Source: Camelus ferus (lineage: Eukaryota). From it: a DNA stretch of 64,000 bases. The stretch lies in the NCBI RefSeq assembly GCF_009834535.1, contig NC_045696.1, forward strand, positions 11,720,001-11,784,000, given 5' to 3'. The notes under the pieces were generated by a model. It did not search any database. It was not told the DNA's origin and saw nothing but the letters and a program-made list of their open reading frames with translations. The position numbers were made by a program, and so were the translations under genes. Position 1 is the first letter of the stretch, and each line of letters starts with the position of its first letter. Shown piece by piece: positions 25,801-38,750 of this stretch.

Positions 25801-26990
25801 CCAAACTCATTCACCCCAAAGAATCAATAAACTCGGACTTCTCAAAGAAAATGCGTCTCCCCTGAACTCGGCAAGATTCTAAAATTCATCCATCAATGCT
25901 GGACCTGTTTTCAGAATAAGCTGGACAGCTTCGTGCTCAGAAGTGCCTAACTGGTGTCCTCAAGGTGTCCTTGGATAGAATTCAGGGGGTCTTAAACGTA
26001 GATGGGAAGGCAGCTAGGTGATTATTTTCACCAACCTCCAGCTGAAACTGAACACCCTCTTCAACTACGAGTCAGAGAACAAACCACAGCAACACCAATG
26101 GCTATGCTACCGATGGGAATTCCAGGTGTTTTACATCACATTACATCTGGTGCAGAGTACTATTTACATTCATCACTCCCTCAAAATCATAGAAGTTATT
26201 AGATTCATCGCTAGAGCTTGTTATTTAATGCGTTCATCAAAAAGCAGATATATTACATATCACAGATTTTAAATGCATTTTGGCGTTCAGCAATGTTCCC
26301 TTCGTAATCCTGCGTGTTCTGTTTTATGCACCTGTCTTAGTCTGATTGGGCTGCAGTTACAAAATACCACTGGTGTCTCTTTCAGTTCTGAGTAATCTTT
26401 TCTGTGCTTTGATTGTCTATGTTTCTAGCCCAGATCAGCGCCTGGCTGGCTTGGCTACTACTGTCTGTCCTGCTGCCTTTCTGTCTGTTTTTCCTACTGA
26501 ATGATTAGCTCTGTAGGACCCCCCCTTCATCCTGTCAGCACCTGACCCAGTGCTGGAACACTGTACCTGGTTGAGAAATGCTTGCGGAGTTGAATAGATG
26601 CAGCTCCCCACTTTGGAGTAAGAACACTCAGGTTCAGGTGAGAAGTAACAATTGGAACCTCAGGGCTAGAACCCAAGGCTCTCAGTCCCTGGCCTGATCC
26701 ACTCCAGCACACCAAGGGCCTGGCCAGTTTGCTTTCCTGACGCAGAATTTCAAACAACTGTTAGTTACATTGTCTTCCTGGATTGAGTAAACAGTCTCCC
26801 CACCCCCACCCCCTGCCATTTTGTTTTATTTATTTATTTTTAAAATTTTGTAACCAGTCTTTTTGTGACAGGCTTAATGCAAAGATAAATGCATCAGTGA
26901 GAATTATACCCATCAATTTCTGTTTGGATGTGATTTTTAAGATGTTAAACGATTCCTAAAACCCCTGAATTTCTTCTTCCCAGGGGGCCT
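25800..26990 (+). pseudogene. LRR fossil segments around DNA-transposon, L2 and MIR relics
   Basis: From 25852: CVSPELGKILKFIHQCWTCFQNKLDSF. From 26711: TKGLASLLS*RRISNNC. From 26897: VRIIPINFCLDVIFKMLNDS*NP. Confidence 0.8.
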
Positions 26991-28131
26991 CTCAGACCCT
27001 TTTTAACTTTTGTATACAAAGATTTTCAAATATTCAGAAAAGTATAGAGAATGACTTAATGAACCCATCACTTAGATTTAACAGGGATCATTTTGCCCCT
27101 TTTTTTGCTTCCTGTTTTGTTTTATATAATTTCCTGAAGCATCTTAAAGTAAATTACAAACATCATAGCATCTCAACCCTAAATAAAGAAGACAGTGTCT
27201 TTCAGAACCGTAATTCCTTAGTCACGCATAAGGAAATTAATTCCCTAATACCATTTTACACACAGCACATATTCAGATTTTCCCAGTTGTCCTTGAACAA
27301 ACCACTTTATTATTGCTGGTTGGTTTGAGTTCATGTTGAACAATCCCCTGCTTTTCCTTTGTTTAATTCCATTGTCTTCTTGAGAAAGCCAAATCAGTTT
27401 TCCTGCAAAATGTCCCACATTCTAGATTTGGTGGGTTGCTCTCTCATGGAGTCATTTAACCTGTCTTCCTGTCACATGGAATTTAGATCTAAAATACTGC
27501 TCAGACTTAACAAAAATATTAAACATTTTTGGTAAGGCTGTTTCAAAGATGACGTCTCATGCTTTGTATTTCAACACACCAAGATGCTTGAAATATCGGA
27601 TTGCCCCGTTACTAGTGATGCTAAGATTTGGCGAGTTCCGGTGATGAGACCTGATACCTTCTGGTAGAATTGTATTTCCCTCTTTAACCAGCAAGTAATC
27701 TCTGGCCTGACACTTGTCACTCTGCTTCCCTACCAGTCTTTCACCCAAAGGTTTTCTCTTCTATTTATCACTGTGGCCTGTTTTAATGATTTTATTACAG
27801 TTTGCAAAATGGTGATTTCATGCTATGATTTTTTCTACAATTATGAGCTGGCATTCTCCTGTAAAGAAGAGGCTTTTCACATCACTCTGGCCTATTTTGG
27901 TCACCCTGAAATATAGTTTCTAAAGGGAAGGTAAGAAGAATGTTCAGTTATTTCCCGTCAATGGTCAATTTTCAGAGTAAGGCGTTGGAGCCATAGCTAC
28001 CTCCAGTGGTGAGAGACACATTGTTCCCAGGGGAGGAACTTTCTCTTCTGGCTGAGTACCCTAATGAGTTCGTGGTTTGGGAGGGTGGGTACTTTAGGTC
28101 TCATTCTAGGGTCTCAGATAAAATAGGATTA

Positions 28132-28315
28132 CAGTCGGTCTTCCATGTCCTCGAGTTCTGCATCTGTGGATTCAAACAACCATGGATTGAAAATATTCCA
28201 GAAAAAAAATTCCAGAAAGCAAAACTTGAATTTACTGCAAGGCAGCACCTATTTATATAGCATTTACTGTTGTATTTACAACTCTTTACAGAGTGTTTAC
28301 ATTGTATGAAGTATT
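28132..28315. mobile_element. MER2/Tigger-type fragment
   Basis: TA|CAGTCGGTC...TCTGCATCTGTGGATTCAAACAACCATGGATTGAAAATATT. Confidence 0.7.
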
Positions 28316-28429
28316 CCATTGATCATGTAGGTTGGCCCAGACTAGGTGGGAGGAGAGAACAGAAAAGTGTAAACACAAGGAGGCAAGGATCATAGGGGCC
28401 ATCTTAGAAGCTGGCTACACATTTTCATA

Positions 28430-29190
28430 GCCTATAAAAACAGAGGTCTAATTTACCTCTGGAACTACTTAAAAAAGAGAGAGAGAGAGAAAAGAAAAAA
28501 AAAGATAAATTAGCTTAATTTATCTAAAGACGTCGGAGAAGAAAAATAACAAGACATTAATCAGAATTTTCCAGCCTCCTTTGGTATGCACAAAACTACA
28601 CTTGAAATTTTTCAGAGACGCTGAGAAGAATGAAGCTGCCTTTTTCCAGTGAATACAGGTGTTGTATTATATGTATATTTTATGTCTCATGAGATGTACG
28701 TGCCATAAAAACTAGCTGGCTATTAGGAATCATAACTAAACCTTTTACCAGTATTATGAAAAGAAACAGTAGGGTATTATTTTTTAGTGTAAGCATAATT
28801 GCTTTTCCATCTCTGTAAATGTCATTTATATGCTAAAAGTAGATTACATTTGTGATTTTACAGTAGTCTATGAAGTTGTAGGGCTTTCTGTTCACCGGGA
28901 AGTCAATGGTTTCACTTCTTTATTCTTTGGAAGCATTTGGACTTAGACTGATGGTTACAGAGTCCACTCTGCTATTCGTAGGACAGACTTCCCATGAGTC
29001 TACCTATGCTGGCATTTTTGTGCCAAGATCAGAGAGGTCTCTTTCACATTTCTACCCAGCTCAAATGATTGATGGCTCCTTTGGGGACGTTTATGAAGGG
29101 GTGTTTCAATGCAAAATCAGGCCACTTTAATAGCACACTATAGTCTCAGGAAATTTATTTAGTAAATCTGACAGCAGCCCAGGCCATCAC
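28430..29190 (+). pseudogene. LRR fossil segment
   Basis: From 28447: SNLPLELLK. From 28565: NFPASFGMHKTTLEIF. From 29140: IVSGNLFSK. Confidence 0.8.
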
Positions 29191-29194
29191 TCTT

Positions 29195-29671
29195 TGTTTT
29201 TAGTTGAAGTATAGTTGATTTACAATATTGTGTTAGTTTCAGGTGTACAGCAAAGTGATTTGGAGATATATATATATATATTCTTTTTTCCAGTTCTTTT
29301 CCATTATAGTTTATTACAAGATATTGAATATAGTTCTCTGTACTATACAGTAAATCTTTGTTTTTTTTAATATCTTTTATATATGGTAGTGTGTATCTAA
29401 TAACCCCATACCCTCCAGATTTATACCCACCACCCCCACTTTTCCCCACCTTTGGTAACCATAAGTTTGTTTTCTATGTCTGTGAATCTGTTTCTGTTTT
29501 ATAAATAAGTTCATTTGTCTCATTTTTTTTTGAGACAAACATACAAGTGATATCACAGTGGTATTTGTCTTTCTCTGTCTGACTTACTTCACTTAGTGTG
29601 ATAACCTCTAGGTCCATCCTTGTTGCTGTGAATGGCATTGTTTCATTCTTTTTACGGCTGAGTAATATTCC

Positions 29672-29714
<43 letters not shown>

Positions 29715-30040
29715 ACAATGGATATATATAATATATATATTTTATACAGACACACACACTGCATCTTCTTTATCCAGTCATCTGTTGATGGACACTTAGG
29801 TTGCTTCCATGTCTTGGCTATTGTAAATAGTGCTGCTGTGAACACTGGGGTGCAGGTGTCTTTTTGAAGTAGAGCTTTCATCTTTTCTGGTTATATGCCA
29901 GGGAGTGGGATGGCTAGATCATATGGTAATTCTTTTTTTATTTTTTTAAAGAACCTCCATTCTATTTTCCATGGTAGCTATACCAGTTTATATTCCCACC
30001 AACAGTGTAGGACGGGTTCCCTTTTCTCCACACTCTCTCA
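29195..30040 (-). mobile_element. Younger L1 3' end including ORF2 C-terminus
   Basis: ORF 29474-29881(-) QKDTCTPVFTAALFTIAKTWKQPKCPSTDDWIKK is L1 ORF2 C-terminal sequence; (TG)n at about 29675-29710. Confidence 0.9.
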
Positions 30041-30179
30041 GTCTTAATGTATACACCATTACTCTTAATATGTAGTAGAGTCACATCCAACATACATTTA
30101 CATATAACTCGCTGGAAATCAATTATATATGTGCATTAGGGGGAGGGGCAAACAGAGACTGAGAGTCAGAGAGAATATG

Positions 30180-30706
30180 AATTTACATAATGAAGGAGGT
30201 TTTTGCCTGTTATTCCCATCAATAAGTTTACAGCCTGGAGAAGGGGAAGATTGGAGATTTGAATCAAATATTCTTTCACAAACTCTCAGTTTCTAGGTAA
30301 CTCTCATGGTGTGAGCATCTCACCTTGTGAGTGTGATTCTACTATTTTAAGTATATATTGCTTTCTTCTGTAACAAGGCCCTGAATACCCAAGCAATTAC
30401 TTCAGCTGATGCTCAGTTGAAAACACACACAATCATCAATCTGCTCATCTCTGGGGTCAAGGCAAAGGACTGTTTTGGACAGCTGACATATCACTCATCA
30501 ACATACTCTGTTAAGACGGCCCCTCGTTGAGAACTTAAGGTTCATGGGAGTAATTTTGGCAATACTAAATTCCAGCCTTTTATATAGTTCTTAAAACTAA
30601 GTTCCTGCGAAAGCAGACTACTGTTTTTATCCTGCAAAATGGCTCTATCTGTCAAGGATCTCCAGAGAAACAATATCAATAGGATGTATGTATATGTATG
30701 TATGTA

Positions 30707-30746
<40 letters not shown>

Positions 30747-31320
30747 GTGCATAAGGGAGATTGACTTCAAGGAATTGGCTCATTTGATTATGGGGGCTGG
30801 CAAGTCCTAAACATGTAGGGCAGGCTGGTAGGCAGGAGACCCAGGGAAGAGTTAATTTTGCAGTCTTGAGTTTGAAGGCAGGCTGATGACAGAATTCCTT
30901 TTTCTTCTAGGGACCTCAGTCTTTTCTCTTAAGGTCTTCAACTGATTGGGTGAGGCTCACCCAATTACGCAGGGTAGTCTACTTTACTCAAGTCTACTCA
31001 TTTAAATATTAACCACATCTACAAAAAATACCTTGACAGCAACATCTAGACTGGTGGTTGACCAAACAACTGGTACCATAGCCTAGCCAAGTTGACATAT
31101 GAAATTAACCATCACAATGCTTCAGTGGGAATCCACTGAATGAACAAAAGCCCAATTAATTCCTTCACTGACTTCATTCATGTCTTTGTCATCAAAAGCA
31201 ATAATTCCCATTTGACATACAAAACTGACATCCAAATGATGGAGGAAAAATGCCAACTTCTTTCCCTTAGAGTCATCAAGACATAGTCCTTGGGACATTG
31301 CATGGGCAACAGCTGTACCT
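30180..31320 (+). pseudogene. LRR fossil segment, split by an MLT2 LTR
   Basis: From 30531: ELKVHGSNFGNTKFQPFI*FLKLSSCESRLLFLSCKM. After the LTR, from 31121: FSGNPLNE. Confidence 0.8.
30648..31116. mobile_element. MLT2 (ERVL) LTR with (TG)n
   Basis: TCTCCAGAGAAACA...AAGGAATTGGCTCA...AAATTAACCATCACA. Confidence 0.8.
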
Positions 31321-31439
31321 TTAGAAGTGGACCATAACTGGAGCTGGAAGGCCCTAGGAGAATTCTAGATAGCTAGAACCAAAGGACATGATCTCTGCTG
31401 ACACTTCCTTCAGTTTACAGAACTGAAGTTTCTGGACTT

Positions 31440-31814
31440 CGGAAAGCTCTGAAAACTGTTCTCCTGGTTAGAAATCAAGGCACAGTTATATAAGTTTTTT
31501 GAGACAGAGAGCTGTACATCAAATGACATGTTATTGATAGTTTACATAATCCAGATCTAAGTGTCATCTTGGTGGATCATGCGACCCCTTTTAAGATCAA
31601 GAAGGAATGTTATCTTTAAGGAGCGGGCTTGTTGCTGCAGGAGAATGCTGCTCTTTATGGTTGAGCGGGTGTTTCTGCTGATGGGGAGGTCTGGTCGATG
31701 CGTAATGCAGGCACACAGCGCACAGTGAGGGAGAGAGAAGGGCAAAGGGCAGGGAAGAAGTTTTTATGTTTAAATTTTTCTTGTCTTGCCATAAAAATAT
31801 GAATTTTATTTCAC
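31440..31814 (-). mobile_element. ERV1-type LTR family A, copy 3 (truncated)
   Basis: Aligns by eye to the uninterrupted body of copies 1 and 2. Confidence 0.85.
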
Positions 31815-31829
31815 AAGATTAATGACTAA

Positions 31830-32740
31830 TAAAAGGCAGAGAAATCAGACCACAATTCTGTGACCCTTTCCTGCCCTTGCCCTGGGGCATAGCTTTCTCA
31901 CGTGGCTGTAAGTCTGGGTGTCTGTATAGTCAAGAGTCCCAGCTGGAAACTGAAGTTGCACTCAGATGGAATTCTAGAAAGAACTTAGCAAAGCATTCAC
32001 TTTCAGAATAGGGTGTAGGGTTAACGGATACAAAGGAAGATGGAGAAACCCTTAGAGACCAGTAACAATAGTAGAGACAAGGGAAAGAAACTTACTGAGC
32101 CTGGTGAGAGCTGGAGCCAGAGAGGAGCCAGACTTGCCGCACGAAGCGGGAAGTCTAGGGAAGAAATACCCTGGCCCCTCTCTCCTCCCGTTCTCTGACC
32201 TCTTCTTAGTACCTCTCTCTCTTCAAGCCCAAAAGGAGGCCAAAGGAGAGGGAAACTCCAATAATTCATCTATGGGGCTCAGCCCCCCTGAGACACAGAG
32301 CAGGGCTGAGAAGGGCAGGGAATGGGATGGGTTTGGAGGGGCAAATGGAGAATAACTCACACAGCGTTGTAATGTGTTTCAGGTGCTTCACAGATGCTCA
32401 AAGCCCTTTCAACTAGTGTCTTAGGAAGCATTGCCTACCCCCAACAAATCTGGTTAAAGTGAGTTGTCACCTGCACTTGTGAACCTAGAAATGCTGATAC
32501 CTAAGGAGGCGTTAACCTCCCAGTGGCAGTGTCCTTGAGGAGACAGGTTTGTGGGGGGTGGGGTTGTGCCTTGGGGCCACTAAAAGGGGCTGTGGTGGTG
32601 CTTCTTCATTCTACCTACACACCAAAATCACTCCTGCAGGTTCTATGAGGGGGGCTCTCAGGAGAAGGGAAGGGAGGAAGCAAGGTGAGGAAAGAGAGAG
32701 AGTAACTAGGTAAGGAATTCACCACTGTCAGTTCTGATTC
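31830..32740 (+). pseudogene. LRR fossil segment
   Basis: From 31876: LALGHSFLTWL*. From 32461: ELSPALVNLEMLI. Confidence 0.75.
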
Positions 32741-33277
32741 TGAGACAGGAGGTAAGGGGGACACAACCATGAAAAGAATGACACAGCCATTGAGGATAGG
32801 ACATAAACTGGTTAGAACCAACTAGGCCCAAGATGGCAGGAGATTTGAGCTCCAGTAGACCTTGAGCTCGTGTGCTCACTGTAATACATTGGCTGCTAAA
32901 CGGCACCCCCACAGGTGCCATGACAGTTCTGAGGCTGCCCATAAAAGGCCTCAAAGTAGCTGGTGGCCCAGTTCCAGGAAATCCCTGCCCCATTCCCCCA
33001 GATAGTTGGAATAATCCTTCCACTTGTTAGCCTATGAAATTACCCAGCACATAGAAACTAACAGCCCTTTACCCTGGGGCCTCTTGCCTTCTGAGATGCC
33101 CACACTCTGTCTATGGAGTGTTTAACTCCCTGAATAAACCTGCTTTCACTTTACTGTGGTTTGCTCTTGAATTCCTTCCTGGAGAAGCCAAGGACCCTCA
33201 CTTGGTGGGGTGCGTCCCAGGGACTCGCCTGAGACTTGGGACACGACCATCTTCTCAAGCCCTATTTTCTTGCAACA
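32741..33277 (+). mobile_element. ERV1-type solo LTR (TGAGACA family)
   Basis: TGAGACAGGAGG ... TGCAACA; TSD ATTC/GTTC; AATAAA at about 33133. Confidence 0.85.
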
Positions 33278-33329
33278 GTTCCGCCCCCTTGAAGTGCAGG
33301 CTGGCATGTGCAGCTCAAAACTCTCCCCA

Positions 33330-34500
33330 CAGAAAAGCGCGAGTGCTGTTGAGGAGGTGGAGAACCTGGAAGACTTGTGCGTTGCCAGTAGGAGGGTAAA
33401 ATGGTGCAGCCACTGTGGGAAACAGTTTAACACAGAATTACTGTATGATCCAGCAGTTCCACTCCTGGGTGTTCCCGAAGGAACTGAAAGCAGAGTCTCA
33501 AACAGATCAATGTACCCCTGTGTTCATAGCGATACCTGAAGCTGGAAACAACCCAAATGTCCATCTGCAGATGAATGGATAAACAAAAGGTGATATAGAT
33601 CCATGCAACGGAATATTATTCAGCTTAAAAAAAAATACAATTTTGATACCTGCTGTGCTGTGTCAGTCCCAGCCTATTGATGGTCATGCTCTGGGCTAGG
33701 AACACAAGCAGGAGCTTCCCACCAGGGCCAAGAGCAAGGTTCATCACTCCCAGGTCCTGGAGGTTCACGGCGCACTGAGGCTCACACAGTGAGCACATGG
33801 GTTGAGAGAACGTGAGTGCAGATCTGGGGCTCTGCCTTTATTGGGGTCTGAGGGTGAGGTGTCTAGGGTTTTGGCTGTTGGCTAGGGTCATCACTGTCTG
33901 CTGGCTACTCTGAAGCATCAGAGGGGGAATCAGGGCCCAGGAACATGGAGGCAGGTCACTGAAGTGGTCGGTTTCCTAGGTTGTCCAGGGCTTTCTAAAA
34001 GGGGACCTGCATCGGTAGGGCAGACCTACTTCCTCATCTGGTGGTTTTCCCAGTAGCTGTGTTGCAGTGGGCAATGTGCTTTTTCAAAACAATGTCTTTT
34101 AAAACGGATGCCTCAACGATCAAAAGCTTAATGTCAGGTGTTTACACTACATGCTACCACATGGACGAACCTTGAAGGCATTATGCTGAGCGAAATGAGC
34201 CGGTCACAAAAGGACCAATACTGTGTGATTCCACTTATATGTGGTGCCTAGAACGGGCAAGTTCATAGACACAGAAAGTAAAACAGAGATTACCTAGAGC
34301 TGAGGGGACAGGAGACTGGGAGTTACTGCTTAATGGGTATAGAGTTTCCATCTGGGATGATGAAAAGTTCTAGAGATGGATGGTGGTGATGGTTGTACAA
34401 CCAGATGAATGTACCTAAAGTCATTAAGCCGTACATTAAAAAATAGCTAAAATGGTAAATTTTATAAAGTGGATATTTTACCACAATAAAAAAGAATGAA
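33330..34500 (+). mobile_element. L1MB-like 3' end with nested solo LTR at 33654-34151(-)
   Basis: L1 sequence GATACCTGC|...|TGCTACCACATGG is split by a TG...CA insert of about 500 bp carrying TTTATT. Confidence 0.8.
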
Positions 34501-34509
34501 AACAAAATG

Positions 34510-35050
34510 GAAAACCTCCCAGCTGCTTCCAAAGTAGATGTGCAGCCAAGTCCTGTCTCTGCTCCATCGCCCTCCCTTCCACGTGGGGCCTCTACCTGGG
34601 TCCTCTGGGCCTAACCGTTGAACCTGGCTTCCCTCTCTGGTCCCCAGCAGCGTCAGGGGCACTGAACTGGTCCAGTCTGGTTCAGACTGGTCAGGGGCCC
34701 AGGCTGAGTACACTGGGAAATCATTTGATCACCACTCCCCTGAAGCCCTTTCCCTCTTGCATTCCTGGCCCCAGGCTTTTCCTTCTTCCCAAGCCCTGTC
34801 TTCCTAGCTCTCCCTCCTCCCTCTCCTCTGCTCAGGTTCCCACCCTGCCAACCCAGTTCCCCAGCTGGCGGTTCATCCCTCAGGCTGGAGCAGGGCTGCA
34901 GAAGACTTAGGCTGAGGTTTGGGCAATGCCTGTCCCCTGCCCAGGTGGGGCTGCCTTCCTGCTCACTCTGATGCTGTCTTCCCCAGACTCAGTGGCCACC
35001 CAGCCTGGGCTATGCTGCTCTTCCAATGCCCCCGCCGTCATCAAGGTGGG
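34510..35050 (+). pseudogene. LRR fossil segment (GC-rich)
   Basis: From 34701: RLSTLGNHLITTP, continuing through ORF 34725 to RLFLLPKPCLPSSPSSLSSAQVPTLPTQFPSWRFIPQAGAGLQKT*. Confidence 0.7.
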
Positions 35051-35559
35051 GAGTTCAGCATGGAGGATCCAAGTGCCAACTTAGAACCAGATGGCCTGAG
35101 TGCCACTACTTACCAGCTGTACAACTTTGGGCAAAAGCTTAACCTCTCTGTGCCTCAGTATTCTCATCTGTGACTCAGTGATGACAAATGTGTCACTCCA
35201 AGGATCACTGTCAGGAAGTTGAGGGTGACTGTGTCACGTGATCCTCTCTGCCTACCCGGAGACCCTCCTTTCTACTCACTGAAATCTTGGGTATGCATGG
35301 ACCTGCCTGGCCCCCATCCATCTCCTGTCAGAGGTCCACCAATTGAGTATAAGCTGCTGGAAAGCACTGATTCCATCAGTCATCTTGCTTCCTCTCTTCT
35401 CCCAATCATCCAGAGCTTTCTCAGCCCTTGGAGTGACAGCTCAAGTTCCATTTTTTCTAGACCCTTCTCCGAGCCCTCTAGCTGACCTGCTGGGCTCTCC
35501 TCCTCTGAGATCCCTCTCCATTGACGGTCAGGAGCACTCCAGAGGGACACTTTTTCTCC

Positions 35560-36690
35560 TTCCATTTTGCTTAAGTGAAAATGGACTTCCTACATGGAAC
35601 ACAAAACCTCGTCCTCATTTACCTTTGCTTCTGCGCCCTCAGCACAAATAAAGGCAGGGGCTGCAGCAGACGCTGTTGATGGCTTGCCCAGATTCCCTGC
35701 TAGGTCGGTTGTGCCACGAGCGTCGGCCACGGTTCGCAGCTACCCCTTCTTCAGAGAATTGCCCCCTAGGCACAGGAGCACAGGGCACGGGACGTCGGGC
35801 TCCCCCAGCCCACAGCTGGTGGCCCCCTGACACAGGTGGACCAAAGGCCAGCCCCCCGCTCCAAGTGGAACCAGCTCTGAGGTGCCACTCATACCAGAGC
35901 TTCCTGCGGGATCAGCCTGCCGTGTCCTCCCTCCCCTCCCCCTGAGAGCCTCCCCTCAATAAATCCTAGAGCAAGAATCTCAGGCTCTGCTCCTGGGCAG
36001 CCTGACCCAGGACACTCGTTAACCAGTACTTGCTTTGTCCTAGGCACTATTCTCAGCACTTTATATTAATTCATTCAAAACATACTTTAATAACGAACCA
36101 GATCCATGACTTTTATATGTCTGTGACCCCTAAAATGCAGTGAGTTTCTACTGATAGATGGTACAGAAGTTCTGTCTGTCTCTCTGGCTCCTCCACTGTC
36201 CATTCTCTCTTCTGGTAGAATTCTTGATCTTCCTCCACTCCTTCACTCTCAGTGCCTGGGGTCTGAGTGGGGCTGGCCCATTCCCCAGCTTCAGGGGTGG
36301 GCACATGACCCAGAGTGAGCCAATCAGGGCACTCCATTTCTAGGGCCATGGTCATTGGCTCAGGGATGGGTACATGATCCAAAGCCAGGCCAGTAAAACT
36401 CAATTCCTATAATTTCATTGGACCTTTTGGGGAAGGGAAGCTTTCATCCCACCGCAGTTGCCTAATTGGGAGGATGGGAGACCAAGGCTACCCTGCCCCT
36501 GCGTGAAACCATCAGGGAAGAAAGTAGAGCTGGAGCAGCTGAAGAGAAATGGATTCCTGAATTTACCAACCAAGCATATGGATCAAGCCACACCAGCCTT
36601 TTAGTTTTTAGGCCAATAAATTCTCTTTTCTGCTTAATCCAGTGAGTCAGATTTTGGTTACTCCCACTGAAATTATCCCAACTAGTACAG
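35560..36690 (+). mobile_element. LTR16-like (to about 36013) and MLT1-like (about 36150-36690) relics
   Basis: CCTCCCCTCAATAAATC...CTGACCCAGGACA; GAGCCAATCAG and GCCAATAAATTCTCTTTT motifs. Confidence 0.6.
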
Positions 36691-38750
36691 ACTGATTTCT
36701 TAACAGGATACCAGTGAACATTTATGGGAAAACTGTTAGGTAACAGGGCCACCTGATTTATGTTACATTCATTTCATTACCTCATAGATATCCAAAATCA
36801 CTTTGCCAAAACCATTTGATAGTGGTGACAACGAATGTCACATATATCCTAAAGGAATTTTGAAAAAAAATTGTGTTCCCCCATATGCTTTTTAAAGTTT
36901 TAATATTTAAAAAATCATTTTTCATGTTAAGTTTAAGTTATTGCAAAAGATGTAATTTCTCCCATACTGTAGATGTTGACATTTTCAAATAAAATTCATA
37001 CCACTTTTTCAGGTACGAATTTCCACTTATGCAAGATGGGTAAGTTCTAGAGGTCTGCCTGCTGCATGACACTGTGCTTACAGTTAGCTGTTCTGTATTG
37101 TACACATAAAAATTTGTTAAAACAGTAGATCTCATGTTAAGTGTTTTTACCCACACAAACAAACAAAATCTCTCAGATCACGTTTAAATGTGTCTAGTGG
37201 AACCTTAATATCACATTGATTTAATAATCATCATTATTTGAACCATTTACAGAATAGTGAACGAACTCTTTTAAGAGTTAGAAATTTTGCATCATTCCTT
37301 TCCTCCTTCAACTTGTATTTCTGTTCTACATCCCCCACAGAATTCTATCCTAATAGAATACATGCTGGAAGATCTTTTGTTGATCACCCATTATTTCTCT
37401 GCAGTGAAATTGTATAAATTTAAATATTTTCCACCTCCTATAATCACAAGGTCATAAGATTTACTCTTTCCTTAATTTGGATCAATTTATAGTGACAATA
37501 ATTAGTAGTGTACAATCTATTAAAACAACAAAAATATTGACAATTAGGAAGCAAAAAGTAATTGTATTAGAAATACATATCTTAAAAAGATGGATAATTT
37601 TTTGGTGACAATGAGTTTATCTAGTTGGTAATTAAAATTACTTACTGCTAGAATGAATCAGACTTTGGCACCAATTCTATCCCCACTTTTCATGTATAAA
37701 ACTACTGTGGAAAACTACTCAGCAGTAAAAAAAAATTGACTCATGCCACAACTTGGATGAATTTCAAGGGCATTATGATGACTGAAATAAATCAATCTCA
37801 AAAAGTCAGATACTGTATAATTCCGTCTCTCTGGAAGTGACATTGTGCAGAGATGGAGAACAAATGAGTGGTTGGTGGGGGTTAGCAATGGTGGTGGGCG
37901 GGGAGGTGTACGTGGCAATGAAGGAGCAGCACAAGGAAGATCTTCATGGCGATGGCGTGGTTCTGTGCCGTGACTGTGGTGGTGGTGATGTGAATCTGCA
38001 CACGTGATAAACGGCACAGAACTACCCACATACATTGCACCGGTGTCAGTTTCCTGGCTTTGGTGTTGCACTGCAGCAGCAGAAGGTTAACCATCGGGGG
38101 AAGCTGGCAAAGGATACATCAGACCTCTCTGTATTATCGTTGTAACTTCCTGTGAATCTAAAATTAGTTAATAATTTTTTTTAAAAAGATGGATGCTCTG
38201 AGAAACTGGCTTCATATAAATCAGAAGATGGTCTAGAAGGAGTTTTGTGACAGCCATGCCATTCAATTCTTTAAATTCCTTCAGCATAATATGCCAGGAA
38301 TCATTAAGTGGTCTTTCATCAAAATTAATTTTAATGCTCTATTAATGGGCAATTCAGTTAGGTCCTCCTCTAATTCTGTTTAAGACAATGAATGGGAAAT
38401 GCCCTCACTTATCAGGACTCCGTCATCAGTCATTTCTATCGGGCCGCACAGATACTGCTGTTTCCCCTTTGGTGCCTGGAGGGTCCCCTGCTCCCAGGTC
38501 AGGGCACTTTAGTGAGAGCGAGGGTAGGTAACAGGGATGCCTTCCTCTGTAAAGTGGGAGAAGAGCAATTACAAAGGGGGAGGGAGGCTGAAAACCAACC
38601 TGACACTTTATCCACACTAGCTGTCGACAGATCAACCTGAGAAGGAGAGTAAATGGAAGTTGAGGCTCTGGAAACTGTTTTTCCCTTTGAAAGTTATCAA
38701 GACATGCCATCACCCCCAGGTGAAGCCAGACCCTATTCAAAGAGCCTTTT
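36690..38750 (+). pseudogene. LRR fossil segment (AT-rich), split by two L1 pieces
   Basis: From 36788: ISKITLPKPFDSGDNECHIYPKGILK. From 37601: FGDNEFI*LVIKITYC*NESDFGTNSIPTF. From 38237: KEFCDSHAIQFFKFLQHNMPGIIKWSFIKINFNALLMGNSVRS. Confidence 0.8.
37700..38185 (+). mobile_element. L1MC-like 3' end
   Basis: AACTTGGATGAATTTCAAGGGCATTATG...ACTTCCTGTGAATCTAAAATTA. Confidence 0.8.

Noticed and set aside
29474..29881. 135-aa minus-strand ORF
   Set aside because: L1 ORF2 C-terminal fragment running through a (CA)n tract; not a host gene.
36690..37700. AT-rich stretch first read as a hAT transposase relic
   Set aside because: Translates as LRR consensus (GDNECHIYPKGIL; GDNEFI*L); no terminal inverted repeats found.
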